A DNA stretch of 64,000 nt from Eledone cirrhosa (GCA_964016885.1 OZ024740.1:144646001-144710000), one strand, 5' to 3'. Counted from the first letter of the stretch, positions 12,345 through 26,055 are shown. Made by a program: numbers and translations. Notes: generated from the sequence alone by a model not told the origin.

Positions 12345-13197
12345 ATCATCGTTTTTTGTTTTTCCACACACGCATAGGTTGGACGGGTCCTTCTCAGCAC
12401 AGCATCTCTCCACTTGCTGCGTTCCTTCGTCATCTCTTCTGTGAGTCTCAGCAATTTGTGGTCACTCTCACCACCTCTGCTAAGGTCATTCTTGGTCTAC
12501 CCCTACTGTGGCTTCCTTCCACTGGCATTTCTTCACTCATCGATCATCATCCATGCACATATGCCCATACCAAAGCAGTCTTTTCTGCTGCACATCACTA
12601 CGGATTCCTCTTAAAGCCAGTTCCTCCCTCAGCTTGTCAAAGCTATGCTTTTTACTCATTGCACATCCATCAAAACATCGTTGCTCCATTTCTCTCTAGT
12701 CTATGCCTGTCCTCTGCAGTCACAGCCCATGTTTCACTACCATGCAGCATCGCATCATACAGTCATCCTTTTGTACGCAGGGAGAAACCTTTGGTTGTCA
12801 ACAGTGGAAGTAACTCTAAACTTTTTCCATCCTATCCTTATATAGATATTATTCTCTCAGAGCACCCTCCTCCACTGCTAATTAATTCACCTAGATAGCA
12901 GAAGCTATCAACCACTTCTATGGACCCTTCCTGTGACTGGAAAAGGTTTACATCATTGACACTCTTCCCCTCGATTACCTCTGTGCATCTTCTACATACA
13001 AAGTCTTCCCTTCCTGTTAGTCTACCCATTATACCACTACATCTCTTGTGTACCTAAGATTTACGTCATGTACATCTTATGGAGTTTATACCTACTCCTC
13101 TATATTGAGCAGGGCCAGTTCCCTGAAAGAATCAGTCTCTTATCTTTTTCCTAAACACTAACACTTTAGTTTTGGCTAAGTTTACCCTCCATACATA
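12345..13197 (-). mobile_element. Decayed, internally deleted RTE-PHD LINE
   Basis: FVCRRC..IEVVDSFCYLGELISSGGGCSE on minus; family 3' end. Confidence 0.85.
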
Positions 13198-13199
13198 GA

Positions 13200-13353
<154 letters not shown>

Positions 13354-13665
13354 GGCATGCAGTTTCCGTCAAACATTTTCTCTCACAAAGACTCTTCCAC
13401 TCCAAGGCTATAGTAGAGAACACTCACTCATGGTGCTACATCATGAAATCAAGTCCAAAACCATATGGTTGCAATGTGACCTTGTTAACTATATAGCCAT
13501 GCTTGTGCTTATTATATAGATCTCTACGATCTTTGGCCTGAATCCTGTCACTGAGAGGTGGAGGTATGCTAGTGAAACTGTAGAGTAACTGGCTACTGGA
13601 TCAACCTTTAATAAACTACATATTGGGAAGTGAAGACATAGAAGGATGGGAGTGGTTTAGCTCTT

Positions 13666-13703
<38 letters not shown>

Positions 13704-14079
13704 CATATGTACAGTAATACCTTGGTTAGCACTCAAGCAAAAGAACACTACACAGTGTTATTATAATATATCATAAATAGAAATACCAGCTTCATAGACT
13801 ATTCTTAGCAATGATACTAGCAGATATCACTAAAAGGAAACAATATATATATATATACTGAAATTCACTACACCTTCAAAAACTTTAGTTAACTTCACAC
13901 AATGTGATATAACACAATGTGCTCTACAATTATGACAAAATAGAAATTAATTAAGATCTAGTGTTAGAACAAAATTATGAACTAAGTTAAATCAATCAAC
14001 TTTAATCTAGTATAGAGGCCTTCACCTTTAATTCAGTTGAAAAGCAGCTGTAAGAAATAAGACAGAAGCTGTTAATACA

Positions 14080-14575
14080 TATCTGTACAGAAAGAATACA
14101 AGATTTAACTGAAGCTGCATAAATATGTATGCAAACACACATATTTATATATGTAAACATGTAAATATATCTTCTTTTTATATTTCTTTGCAGACTCAAA
14201 AATATGAACCTGGCCCAAGATTAGGTTTTAGTTGGAACCACCCTCAGAAGTTGTGTACATCTTTTATTACCCACAGAGTAATATGTAACTAATAGCTTTA
14301 TAAGCTCACCAAATATAGTAATAGCAACAAACTGGAAGCACTAATTTACATATCATTAGTGTCTACGCTAGTAACTAATTCAATTATTTATTAAATTGTG
14401 CACTAAACAACTGAAATATACTATAGATATATGTATGTACAGAAACTGTACAGACAACTCTTTATATATGTAAATGCATCTTATGCATGTTTCCCTGCAG
14501 ACTGAAAAAGATGAATATCCTAACCTAAGTTTCAGTTCTAGTTGAAACCACCCTCAGAAGCTGTGCACATCACTC
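14080..14575 (+). repeat. Diverged local direct duplication (~310 bp offset)
   Basis: ctgtacaga..tgcagact.aaaa..gaaccaccctcagaag.tgtg.acatc occurs twice. Confidence 0.7.
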
Positions 14576-15621
14576 AGGATATTTCTTAGTAAACTGATTC
14601 ATGATTTTGTTAAAACATGATATGTTGCTGAGTTAAGTTGTGCAGCTCTTCAACATAAAAAGTTTCACTATGAGAGTCTAACTCCTCCAAATCTTCCATA
14701 TTGACATTTTGTATTCAACTTTTACTGGCTCACTTGATAATTTTATTGATCATTGCTAGTACTATTTCTTCATCAAATTTCAAGAAGTCATACTTTTGAC
14801 CATAATTTCTTCCAAAATCTTCTCATGTAGTTCTTAGCTACTTTATCTCAGGCTCCTATAATATTATCTATAGCTTTATGATGTGGCAGATTTATCAAAG
14901 GTTATTGCATATTGTTTATCTTGTTTCTTTAATAAATTATTTGAAAGAGTAATAGGCCTTGATGTAAAAAAGTACACATTAATTCATAGGCTGGAGTAAG
15001 GAAGTGGTGTCTGGTGTTAGGTAAACTACTTTCACATAATTCCTGGTCTGAATGGTGTTAAAATTCTAGATGTGGCCAGATGTATTATTAATGCATAGTA
15101 TTATCAGGAATAGTTGAATGTGTTTATATATATCATACTTCATGTGTTTTCACATTGAAAGCTTCTAATTAAAAAACAGTAATATCTACATTAGTTTAAT
15201 TTAAAGTCATCAAATATATTTATATTCTGTATTTCTTTGACAGAAAATTTGTTTACTGTAGACTATCTTCATTTCCATGTATTTCATATTTCTTATATTT
15301 AATCTTAGCTGATGTGGTTTCTTGCTTCTCAGAAGTTTCTTTGTTAGTATTTTAATCTTAATAATAATAAAAATGTGATTTGTGTTGCTGTCAGTGTTGT
15401 GTTGTATTCTTGAGGATTCTACAGTTGAGATGCATTTGCAAACAAACACAACAGCCAACAGATACCAATGTTTAGTCATAGGGTGATGCTTTTGACAGTT
15501 TTTACCATTGTAGAATATGTTTGTTACACTGAAGGAATTATGAAGCTGCAGTCTTTTTTTAATTGATTTTACTAACATCTAATTATCCTAAGCATAGAAG
15601 CAAGTTCTCATGATAAAATCC

Positions 15622-16116
15622 TACTCAAGCATTGAAGTCTCCCAAAATATCGAATTTTCATTGATGAGAAGAATGATGAGTTACATGCATATAATGTAGA
15701 GGACAACTGGAAATTCTTGCATGACAATCTTTGGCAAACTACTGACAAGACTTGCAACTGGAGTAAAGTGCCAGTCAGACAGAGGGTGACCCGATGGGAA
15801 ACAGTGGATAGAGCCAGTAAAACAGTGGATAGAGCCAGTAAAACCAAGAGACAGACATGGAAAGACTGGAAAAATGGCTGTAACAGAGACCAGTACTAGG
15901 TAGCTAAGAGAGAAGCTAGACAACAGATAAACACAGTTCATAGAGAGGCTGAAGAAAGAAAGTTTGTCAACATCTTGAGACATATATCGCTGAAACTCAC
16001 GGAGGAGATGATGAAGAAACGTGATGAATAGAGGGATGCCGTGCTGAGAAGAATCAATCCAGCCCATGCAAGCGTGGAAAAGCAGACATAAAAATGATGA
16101 CGATGATGATAATGAT
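15622..16116 (+). mobile_element. Internally deleted RTE-PHD-family fragment (EN-RT linker joined to 3' end)
   Basis: YNVEDNWKFL..RVTRW..KRQTWKDWKNG..AKREARQQ like 33064-33400; ends gcaagcgtggaaaagcagac..(GAT)n. Confidence 0.75.
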
Positions 16117-16644
16117 GGCATGTTGTTTAAAACTCTCCATAAATTTTTATAGAATTTGTCTTTGCATTCATTGTCTGCTTAAAGAGTGGGAGCTTATGTA
16201 CTAATAGTATTTGCAGAGACTGATCTGAATTGCCATTTAATTTTAAGTACAGACATACTCATTTTCTCCTTTGGGACTATTTATGCTGTTAAAGAATTTA
16301 TTACTGACTATTTTCAGATGATACTCTTCAATTCTGCACCTTTGCCGGCCTTTTCTACACCCATACTAACCTATAAGTGCAGCAGGAGTTAAGAGATTTT
16401 TCTTTGGCACCTCTGATTTGTCAAAAATGTCCATCTAGGAAACTTTGGGCTGTTTTTATAGGAAAGGAGGGAACTATTCACCCACCCACCAACCTTTTCT
16501 TTATACGCTTGTCACTAGTGAGTTCACAGCTGCTTATTTGATATTCACAGAAAACCTATCAGTCTTTGGACTGTCCTACTATCCACTACTTATAGACATG
16601 CTGTATTGGGACTGGTCGACCCCCGCCCTACATTGTTGAGTTGG

Positions 16645-16860
16645 CTTGTAAGTGAATGGTTCAATAGCAATATTGACAAACAACATTGTAAATTTATCCA
16701 GTTTGGTATTGATTTTTATCTCTATTACAAAAACTATCCTCAAAAGCTTTAACCTTTCCAATACCATTATACTTGTGAGTGAATCTGTTATCAAAAAAAT
16801 CATGCATGCACAAAATTCCTTTTTGTTTTTTGACAATATTACCTGGGTAAAAAAAATGGG
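16645..16860 (+). mobile_element. Penelope-like RT fragment
   Basis: EWFNSNIDKQHCKFIQFGIDFY / IKKIMHAQNSFLFFDNITWVKK resembles PLE RT (FIQFDI.DFYPSI..IMH.RKSLLF..WVKK). Confidence 0.65.
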
Positions 16861-16966
16861 AACAAATTATATGCTGCCTCCATGGGCACATATGGTGGTG
16901 CAGAAATATGTGAAATTATAAGAATTTACATTTTAGTAAAAACCTTATAAATTTCTTTTAATGATA

Positions 16967-18845
16967 TCATCATTATCATTTCCATTTAGCTTCAATTCTC
17001 CCATACCTGCATGGGTTAGATGGGTTGTCCATGCCAGGAGGCAAGTCTGACCATGTCACACCTTGCTCCAGCAAGGAATAAAAATTTGGCCAGGAATTTT
17101 ACAGCTGGATGCCCTTCCTAATACCAACCACATTTACAGTGTCGGATTGGATGGCTTTGTCATGAGGTGGGACAGGCTAGTTGGCTGCGCCAAACCTGTC
17201 TCACAACAGAACCACAGTTTTGGAGCCTGACCCATCTCACAGCGGAGCCATAGTTTAGGAGCCCGATACTGGAAGGCACCGATACGAGGAGCCTGACCCA
17301 TCTCACAGCATAGCTACCATTTTGGGGGCCCGGTATTGGATAGGGAGGGACAGGTATAGGGCTAAAATTTGGGAGCCTGGCGTTGAATGGCACCACTATG
17401 CGAAGAGGCCAGTTAGATCCCAGTACTGGATGGCACGAATACGAGGAGCCTAACCCATCTTACAGTGTGGCCATTGTTTTGCGGCCCAGTATCAGATAGC
17501 GCCGCCATGTGGAGGGACAGCCTAGTTGGCCACACCAAACCCATCTCACAGCGTAACCGTCATCATCACTCGTCGACTACTGTCGAGATGATGGATCTCA
17601 CTCTCATGCCCCAGAATTCCCTGTCCCCCATCGCTGCCCCCAGGTCCTGTAACCATAGTTTAGGGGCCCGATACTGGATAACACCGCTATGAAGACAGAT
17701 ATGTGTGGAATCAGTTTGGGATCCTGGCTCACAGCAGGAACAATGTTTTTGGAGTCCAGCACTGGATGACATCACGGGACAGGTCAATTTGGTCACACTG
17801 AACCCCTCTCACAGAGACACCCCAGTTTCAAGACCAGGTACACTTCACACAACAAACCCTTCTCAGTACGAAACCACATTTTGGAACCTGGGGCTTGCGC
17901 TGAAACCATCTCACAGCAGAACCATGGTTTCGGGCTCGGCACTGGATTACACCACTATGAGGAAAGACAGGCCAGTTGGTCACATCGGACCCTTCTCTCA
18001 GCAACATCCCAGTTTCAGAGCCAGGCACTCTCTACGTGACGAACCCTTCTCAATACAAAACCATATTTTGGGAGCCTGGGATTGTATGGTACCACTATAA
18101 GGCGGGACAAGCCATTTGGCCAGGCTGGACCCTCTACACAGCGGACCTTAAGTTCAGGTTCAGAGACTGGCACTGGGTGACACGACTATGAAGAGAGACA
18201 GGCCAATTTAGTCATCCTGAACTTTTCTCACAGTGGCACCTCAGTTTTGGAGGTGGGCATTCTCCACATGATGAGCCCTTCATGAGATCACATTTTACTT
18301 CTGGAGCCCCACACTGGATGACCACGATGAAACTCTCGTGGGCCTACCATCAACCTTGTTTGTGGTGTGGCCTGGGAAATGCCATTTTGGTCTGAGTCCA
18401 ACGTTGAATTGTCGGAATGGGTTTTTTGTTGAATGTTGTAGCACCAGAGGACTCAGTCCTGTTTCATCTCCATTAGGAGATTTAGTTGAGTCAAGTCCAA
18501 CCTTATTGTTTCATCCCATGTCTTCCTGGGTCTTCCTCTCTTAGTGCTTCCTGCAACTTTTAAAGCCCTACACCTCTTTAAGCAGCGGTCATCCTTCATG
18601 TACATCCTGTGACCATACCACCGCAGTCTTCTCTCTTGCACACAGCATTTGATCCCTCTTATACATAGTTTCACTCTTAATACATTAACGCTTTGCATTC
18701 ACGTACACTTCTGTTACACATCCAAATGACCATATATACTTTGTTTCTTTCCAGCCTCTGTAAGTTCTTGCCATGCAGAGCCCATGTTTTGCTACTATGT
18801 AGCATTGCTGAGTGCATGCAAGCATCATACAGCTTGCCTTTTAGC
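16967..18845 (-). mobile_element. RTE-PHD-related LINE 3' part with a long 3' UTR containing a tandem array
   Basis: KGKLYDAC..RRLRWYGH..RGRPRKTWD at ~18450-18845; ggatgcccttccta motif and tail at ~16967-17140. Confidence 0.8.
17160..18335. repeat. Degenerate ~65-70 bp minisatellite inside the LINE 3' UTR
   Basis: Recurring cccatctcacag..ccatagttttggagccc..actgga..cacc.ctatga. Confidence 0.75.
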
Positions 18846-19042
18846 TTATATATATATCTATATGTACGTATGTATATATATATACGTATGTATATATACA
18901 TACGTACATATATATATATTGTTATACTTTGGGAGGGTCATGCTGCCAATAAAAACACACGCACCTGTTAGTTTTCACTTTAATTTATTATAAATTTCTG
19001 GTTGTTTAGTTGGTTTGATAACCGGATGGTTGTTTATATATT

Positions 19043-19085
19043 GTCAAAGCTCTTTCGTCACACATTCTGTGACCTTCTCAGTGAC
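19043..19085 (-). ncRNA. Minimal type I hammerhead-ribozyme-like motif
   Basis: gtca CTGAGAAG gtcaca-gaatg-tgtgac GAAA gagc TT tgac; stems I and II pair, core deviates from CUGANGA. Confidence 0.5.
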
Positions 19086-19164
19086 TGGGTTTTTATTTTG
19101 TGTCTCTCCTTTGTTCTGTCCTATACCATCAAAAACGAGATGGTGTGTGTATATATATATATAT

Positions 19165-19570
19165 CATCATCATCATCATCATCATCGTTTAACGTCCATC
19201 TTCCACGCTTGCATGGGTTTGGATGGGAGTTTTCCCACTTGAGGCAAGATTTGTTGTCCTGCTCGTATAGGACTGTCTGGCGGGTTTTCTACAGCTGGAT
19301 GCCCTTCCTAACACCAACCACATTTACAGTGTGGACTGGGAGGTTTTTACCGTGTTACCTACACAGCCACATTACAGCGTGGACTGTGTGTTTTTTTGTC
19401 GCGACACCTACACGACCTCATTTGTTTCGGACTGGATGTTGTGGTACCAACATAACTTCACATTTAAGGGGGTGGTGTGGATGGGGTGGGGGTAGTGGGA
19501 CGGGGGTGTATTTTGTTAGAGGTGCCTACTGACTGTAGGTTTCGCTTTGTGCTTAGGCAAGGCGGGTCTT
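19165..19570 (-). mobile_element. RTE-PHD LINE 3' UTR copy
   Basis: Reverse complement of ~7360-7762. Confidence 0.92.
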
Positions 19571-19595
19571 GTATATATATATATATATTGATTGA

Positions 19596-19808
19596 CTTTC
19601 GTCAAATCGGACCGAGGAAACAATGTTTCCATTGGTCTTTCCAGTTGCTAATACTATCTATCGGTCGCAACTCCAGGTAGAAGGAGCAACGTGAAATAAA
19701 GTGTCTTGCTCAAGGTCATAACGGATTACCTGGTCCGGGAAACGAACTCACAACCTTACGATTGTGAATCCAATTCTCTAACCACCCACTCAGCCACCCG
19801 CCTTCACA
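19596..19808 (-). mobile_element. tRNA-derived SINE (CORE-like family)
   Basis: Minus strand: A-box tggctgagtgg, B-box-like gagttcgtttcc, then ccttgagcaagacactttatttcac. Confidence 0.75.
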
Positions 19809-20489
19809 ATATATATATTTTTATATATATATATATATAAATATTAAAACAATGAAATTAAACAAAAACGATTAATTCATAGTAAAACTAATTATTTTAC
19901 GATCGTTTCTGGGGGTAGCACCCCCGTATCTCCATTCAATTATTGATCTATGTAAAATATATTACAAAATATCATAGTAAGAAAAAATACATACGTCTTC
20001 ACTACCCACCATCTTCAGAAATAATGAGTTTTTTTTTATTGAAGAATACATTGAGTTCTTCATACGGTTTAGACCCTACCATTGATTGGTAGATATATAT
20101 ATATATATAAAGCAAAGTTGCACTTGAAAAAAAAATGAAATACATAGGAAAATGAACCAAAGTATCTACTTCCTCATCAGCCATAATTCGTGCATAATGG
20201 TGGGATTGCATAATATTGAGCCAAGGTTGCACAACAGTTTAAAACTAGATGCCAGAAAGATGCATATGAGCTAACACAACAACGTAGAGATAGTAGACAG
20301 CATAAAAGAGAGGACAACTACAGAGTACCTTTCAGCCTTGACAGAATCTTATCCTTTTTTTTTTTTTTTATACAAAATGATGATCAATAAAACTTTTCAT
20401 TGTAAATCTTAAGGCTTTCAGTTAATAAAACCTCATTCCAAAGCACTGTCAGATAAATAGATTCAAATCCTTAAGTAAAACCTAAAGCA

Positions 20490-20596
20490 CTGGCAATATT
20501 CCTCACTGGCAATTTTCTCAATGGCAATTTTCCCCACGGGCAATTTTCTGCCTGGTAATCTTCCGCCTGGCAATTATCCAACTGGGAAATTTCCAT
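20490..20596. repeat. ~15-bp tandem repeat (GGCAATTTTC...) of a probable non-autonomous DNA element
   Basis: About 7 degenerate ggcaattttcc units. Confidence 0.6.
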
Positions 20597-21050
20597 GCAC
20601 GCTAAAAATAATGCATTGATTAGCTGCCTCGGCTTATAAATAAGGTTGGGATTTTTGCCCATTTCTCAGACATAAAATAGGGAGTGGAGGTCGGCTTATA
20701 TTTGAGTATATATGATAAATCAAGTGTAAGTATGATGGGTCAATTCCAAGCATAATACACGGGATATTTTTTTCAAACCAATATATCAGCAACATTATGT
20801 AATTCTTTTGCTTATCTTTAGAAATTCGTCTGCTGAAGACATGTCTGCCTGAATTTCTGTTACATTAATTAATGTGCATGACAAGAGATTAGTCAATAAA
20901 CTAAGAGATGGAGATGTAGTACCCTATCTTCTTATTCATTAATATATAATTGGCAGTAGCACTGAGACAGTATTTAAAAATAATAGGGGTGTATATGGAA
21001 TCATATATGAAATGTAAATATATATACAATAAACATATGAAAGCCTCAAT

Positions 21051-23076
21051 CATCATCATCATCATCATCTTCGTTTAACGTCCATCTTCCACGCTAGCAT
21101 GGGCTAGACGGGAGTTGTCCCACTTGAAGCAAGGTTGGTCTGGCAACCATGTCTCGCTCATATAGGACTATCTGGCAGGTTTTCTAAGGCTGGATGCCCT
21201 TCCTAAGATCAACCACATTTACAGTGTGGAACTGGGAACTTTTTACTGTGTTACCTACACAACCACATTACAGCGTGGACTGTGTGTTTTTTGTTGTGAC
21301 ACCTACACGATCTCGATCTCGATCTCATTATCTCATTTATTTGGACTGGATGTTGTGGAACCAACTTTACAGATATAGGGTGGTGTTGGTGGGAGTGGCA
21401 AGATAGGGTAGGGGTAGTGGATTGGGGTGTATATTTTGTTAAGAGGTGCCTATTGACTGTAGGTTTCGCTTTGTACATAGGCAAAGCGGGTCTTCTGTAT
21501 TACTGCGTAGCGCCAAAGATCTTGGTCCAGTGACATTGTCTTAGAGAGGTGTAAGTATGTAAGGTCAGAATTTATCAAATCGTCCCAGGTTTTTCTGGGT
21601 CTACCTACTCCGTAGCTACCATCAATTTTGATCCCCCTGCACTTTTTTATATAGCTGTTTTATTTCATGCGCATCATATGACTATACCAACGTAGTCTTC
21701 TCTCGAGTAAACAGCATCTGATCCCTCTTATTCCTAATTTCTCACTTAGTTCATTTATGCTTTGCTGTTCACGTATATTACTATTACACATCCAACGGAG
21801 CATGCAAGCTTCGTTCCTTTCCAGTCTGCGCAGGTCCTCTGCACGCAATGCCCATGTCTCACTGCCATGTAGCATTGCTGTTCGTATATAGGCATCATAC
21901 AATCTGCCTTTCATTTTTAGAGAGAAACCTTTTGTGGCCAACAGCGGTATAAGCTCTCTGAACTTTTTCCATCCCCACTCTGGCTACTGTACTTTCAGAG
22001 CACCCTCCACCACTGCTGATTTTGTCACCCAGGTAACGGAAAGTGTCCACTATTTCTATAGAACTATCTGGGCAACAGAAGGAGCTAGTATCCTGTGGGC
22101 ACTTGCTACTTATTGCACCTGAGCATCGGCCACATATAAAATCTACGTTCTTAGATAGTTTACCTGTGATCCCACTACATCTTTTATGTACCCATAGTTT
22201 GCATTTGGGACATACAATGGAATTTCTGCCTATTCCTTTCCTACACACTGAACATGGCCATTTCCCAGAGGAGACCTGTGCCCTATTTTCCTTCCTACAT
22301 ACTAGAACTTTAGTCTTAGACAAGTTAACTTTAACGCCTTTTGATTCTAGGCCATGCTTCCATGTTTGGAATTTCTTCTCTAGTTCAGCCATAGATTCAG
22401 CTATAAGAGTTAGATCATCTGCGTATAGGAGTTCCCATGGGCAGCCAGTCTTGAACTCCTCTGTTATAGCCTGAAGGGCAATAATAAATAGGAGGGGGCT
22501 AAGGATAGAGCCTTGATGAACACCAACTTTTACACTAAATTCTTCACAATATTTATTGTTAATTTTAACCTTACTGACTGTTTCATTATACATAGCTTGT
22601 ATAGCTCTCACAAGCCATTCATCTACACCTAGTTTTCTAAGAGCCCACCATATAATGGAGCGGGGGACTCTGTCAAAGGCTTTCTCCAGGTCAACAAAAG
22701 CTAAGTAGAGGGGTTTACTTTCAGCTAGGTACTTCTCCTGTAGTTGTCGTACAAGGAAAAGAACGTCTGTGGTACTTTTACCTGACACAAACCCAAACTG
22801 CATTTCATCTAGATCAATTGGCTCTCTGATTAGTTGTGCTATAACTCTTTCTGTGACCTTCATGACCTGGTCAACTAACTTAATGCCTCTATAGCTTCGC
22901 CTACCTAGAGCATCCCCTTTACCCTTGTAGCAGTTAATGATGATGATGCTACGCCAGTCTTTTGGTATGACCCCATTCTGTATTACCTGGTTAACTATAC
23001 GGGTGACCATAGTATGTCCCACCATTCCAGATGCCTTCAACATCTTAGCAACTATCTCCGAAGACCCAGCTGCCTT
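21051..23076 (-). mobile_element. RTE-PHD LINE, 5'-truncated, frameshifted
   Basis: ORFs 21895-23043 and 21660-21941; GCCTCAAT duplicated at 21043-21050 and 23077-23084. Confidence 0.95.
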
Positions 23077-23270
23077 GCCTCAATATCAAAGAAAAAATAT
23101 TCTTTCATTATGAAAGACTCATTTTCTCTGTTTTGCTCTATGAGCATGTCACATGTGAACATGTTACAGAGCAAAAAAAACACACATGTATTTCCCCCTT
23201 TTTTTTTCTCATTTATTTCTGTTCCTTCCCACTCTTTATCTTTCTATTTTATCTTTTATTTCTAACTCTA

Positions 23271-23306
23271 TCTTCTGATGAAGGACTAGTATGAGAAACG
23301 TTAAGA
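23271..23306 (+). ncRNA. Degenerate minimal hammerhead-like motif in a pyrimidine-rich repeat
   Basis: tctt CTGATGA aggactagtatga GAAA CG TT aaga; stem II poor. Confidence 0.35.
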
Positions 23307-23461
23307 CTCTTTTCCTGCTATTTCAAGCATAACTAATATATTTCTTCAATGTCTCTTCTTTAATGTAGAAACATTTTACATGGCTGAGGACAATTACAAC
23401 CAGGCACACATTCAAAGCTACATCCAAAACACAATAGCATATAAGTCATCCACTATAAACA

Positions 23462-24215
23462 ACTTCTTCTTCACCCACTTATTCCTGAGAGGGTCATGGG
23501 GGCAGAGTCCTCAAACACTCCTTCCAGCAGGTCCTGTCAGAAGCAACTATCTCCAGCTGATCCGGCTGGATCCCCAAGCAAGACCAGCCAAGCTCATGGA
23601 TGTTATCCAACCATCTTGCTTGGAGTCTATCCCTAGGTCTCCTGCCTGTTGGTTTTTGCCTGTAAAATCTGTCTAGTGATTCTTTCCTGAGACATTCTAA
23701 CCACAGTATCGGAGCTGTGATCTCTCAATTCGGAGAAGTAGCAGCTCTACCTGGAGTGACTCTCTGATCTCTGAGCGATGCACTCTTTCAAGTAACATTA
23801 CCCCAAAGGCCCTTTGGAGGAACCCCATTTTGGCTGCTTGTATTTGTGATCGTATTCTTTTGGTCATTATCCAAGATTCGTAACCATAGATAGGGTTGGC
23901 AAGAATACCGAATTGAAGATAGCGAGTTTGGCTTTTACACCTACCTCCCTTCTGATTACTGAATACTGAAGCTGGCACATTACTGCACCAGCTCCTGGAA
24001 TTCATACACTTAATTCAGCCTCTTGCCTTCCATCACTCATGAACATGGGCCCTGACATACTTGAACTTCTCCACCTGCTTCAGTGGAACTCCATTCACAT
24101 GTAAAGTGCACTGTGCAGACTTCCTTGTAAGGATGAGGGTCTCAGTTTTTGCAGCTCTGATTTTCATTCCAGGCATGCAGTACTTGGCATTAGACCTATC
24201 AAGTGCAAATTTATT
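23462..24215 (-). mobile_element. REX3/Expander-like RTE LINE 3' fragment
   Basis: YGYESWIMTKRIRSQIQAAKMGFLQR..IRESLQVELLLLRIERSQLRY. Confidence 0.85.
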
Positions 24216-24307
24216 CCTTTCTAAATTTAAAGTGAAATAAAATAAAATAAAATATTAACTATACTAAGATTAGTATCAACTGTTATTTTCAAATTTTTAT
24301 TATAAAT

Positions 24308-24545
24308 AAGATACACACAGGTATACAGTGTACCTTTTCTAAACCAGATACACATGCAGGGATACAGTGTGCCTATTTCAACTGGATACACACAAGGATA
24401 CAGTGCACTTATTCTAAACCTGATACACACAGGGATACAGTGTACCTATTATAAACCAGATACACACAGGGATAGCATGTACTTATTCTAAACTGGATGC
24501 ACACAGGGATATTGTGTGCCCATTGTAAACCAGATACACACAAGT
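24308..24545. repeat. ~37-bp minisatellite, 6-7 copies
   Basis: agatacacacagggatacagtgtacctattctaaacc units. Confidence 0.9.
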
Positions 24546-24886
24546 TAAAAACTGAATAGAATAAAAATGATAAACAAAAAAAATGGTCTTTGTGATGATA
24601 GCTCAGCAACGACACTGTTGGCAACAGAGATAAAGTTGGTCTAATCCTGTTTGTTAGGAGGAAGAGTGTCAAACCAAGAAGATATGACATTGTCAACACT
24701 GTCAAGGAGGTTAGGGTCAGCTGCAACAGAACAGGTTCTTCTTTTTAGAAAGTTTAGGACCACGAAGGCTGAATTTTATTGTTGCTGTAACTACACAATG
24801 ATAACTGCCATTGATGAGACTCAATATAAAAAGGTAATTTTCAAACAATGCTCTTATAACAATATGAGTTGTCATAACTCATAATT

Positions 24887-25105
24887 GTTTCTACTTTTGG
24901 CACAAGGCCAGTAATTACCCAGTGCATTACTGGTACTTTCATAACTCATAATGTCAGCAAATGTTAAGACGGTGATTCTATGTTGCTTACTTAATTATTT
25001 ATTCATTATTTATGGTTGACTTTGCCTTTCATCCTTACGGGGTCGATAAAATAATGCACTGGGTAATTGCTGGCTGGCCTTGTGCCTAAAGTAGAAACAA
25101 TTATT
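24887..25105. mobile_element. Two short truncated SINE 3' ends in opposite orientation
   Basis: 24887-24938 (-) flanked by duplicated tcataactcataat; 25015-25105 (+); both match the tail of 27083-27270. Confidence 0.7.
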
Positions 25106-26055
25106 TATAATTTATGATGATTCTTTTGGACAGCTATGAGGAATATATCAAATATCAAAGGCATTTTCATTATAGATTTGAAAGACTAAACACATTAAAG
25201 GAGAACAAAACTGGATATAGCAGAGATTAAGAAATATGTATGTCTTCAATGAAAACGTTTGGGAAACACAGCATTATACTGATGAAATCTCAGAGGTAAA
25301 CCCAGTTTCAGCTGGATTTTAGCTATCTAGTGTTGCATACAATTTACTGACTAAAAAGAAAGAACTGAACAACACAGAAAAAATATTTATCAAAGACAAT
25401 CCTAAGCTCATGTTCCCACTAGCAAAGTGAATTTATTTTCGTTACTTTATTTCGGATGAAATATACTGCCTATTTCAAATAACTTTTAAAAATCAATCAA
25501 GAATTTTTAGGAAATTATAAAAAAAAAATATTAACTTTGTTGTTATTAAGTTGTTGTTTGAAAGATAACAAAATATTGATACAAAATTTGATGGATGCAG
25601 TCTTAGTTCAAACATTTAATTTGAACGTTTTTTTAATGAGCAGGTATTGTAGCACAGGGTGGTCTCAGGTAGCTTGATATCGTTTCATTTAAGATGAAGA
25701 CTATATTCTTTCCATTTACATGTTCCCTTTCCCAAACTAGAATTGGTTATACAGATCTAATCAGTTACATTTAATACTACATAAATAATTTGTATGATGC
25801 AATTTCATTCTAATTACATGCTTGGTGTGGAAATCTTGGAATTATTTGGAGGAGAAGCTTTTATCACTGATTTCCTTTTCTGATATCATCTTACCTATTT
25901 TTAACTTAAAATTTATTTTTACGTACACATTAAAATACTTTGATAAGAAATATTATTTACAGAAGGAACAAATTTAGCAAATATTTCACATCTACTTAAA
26001 TGATTAACCAAACTTATAATTTTCTTTAGCCTATTGCAGAAAATATTATTTCATC

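Noticed and set aside
12074-12898. 274-aa plus ORF
   Set aside because: Runs through a MITE and the antisense strand of a decayed LINE.
19890-19940. Hammerhead-like motif on minus strand (ggggg-tgcta-ccccc-aGAAACGATCGTA)
   Set aside because: No acceptable CUGANGA box or stem I; at best a dead remnant.
24308-24545. CRISPR-like appearance of regular repeats (also 17160-18335)
   Set aside because: No unique spacers or cas genes; eukaryotic tandem repeats.
24749-25430. Plus-strand exon candidates (24749-24833 and from ~25134)
   Set aside because: Phases do not join into an open frame and no homology was recognised.
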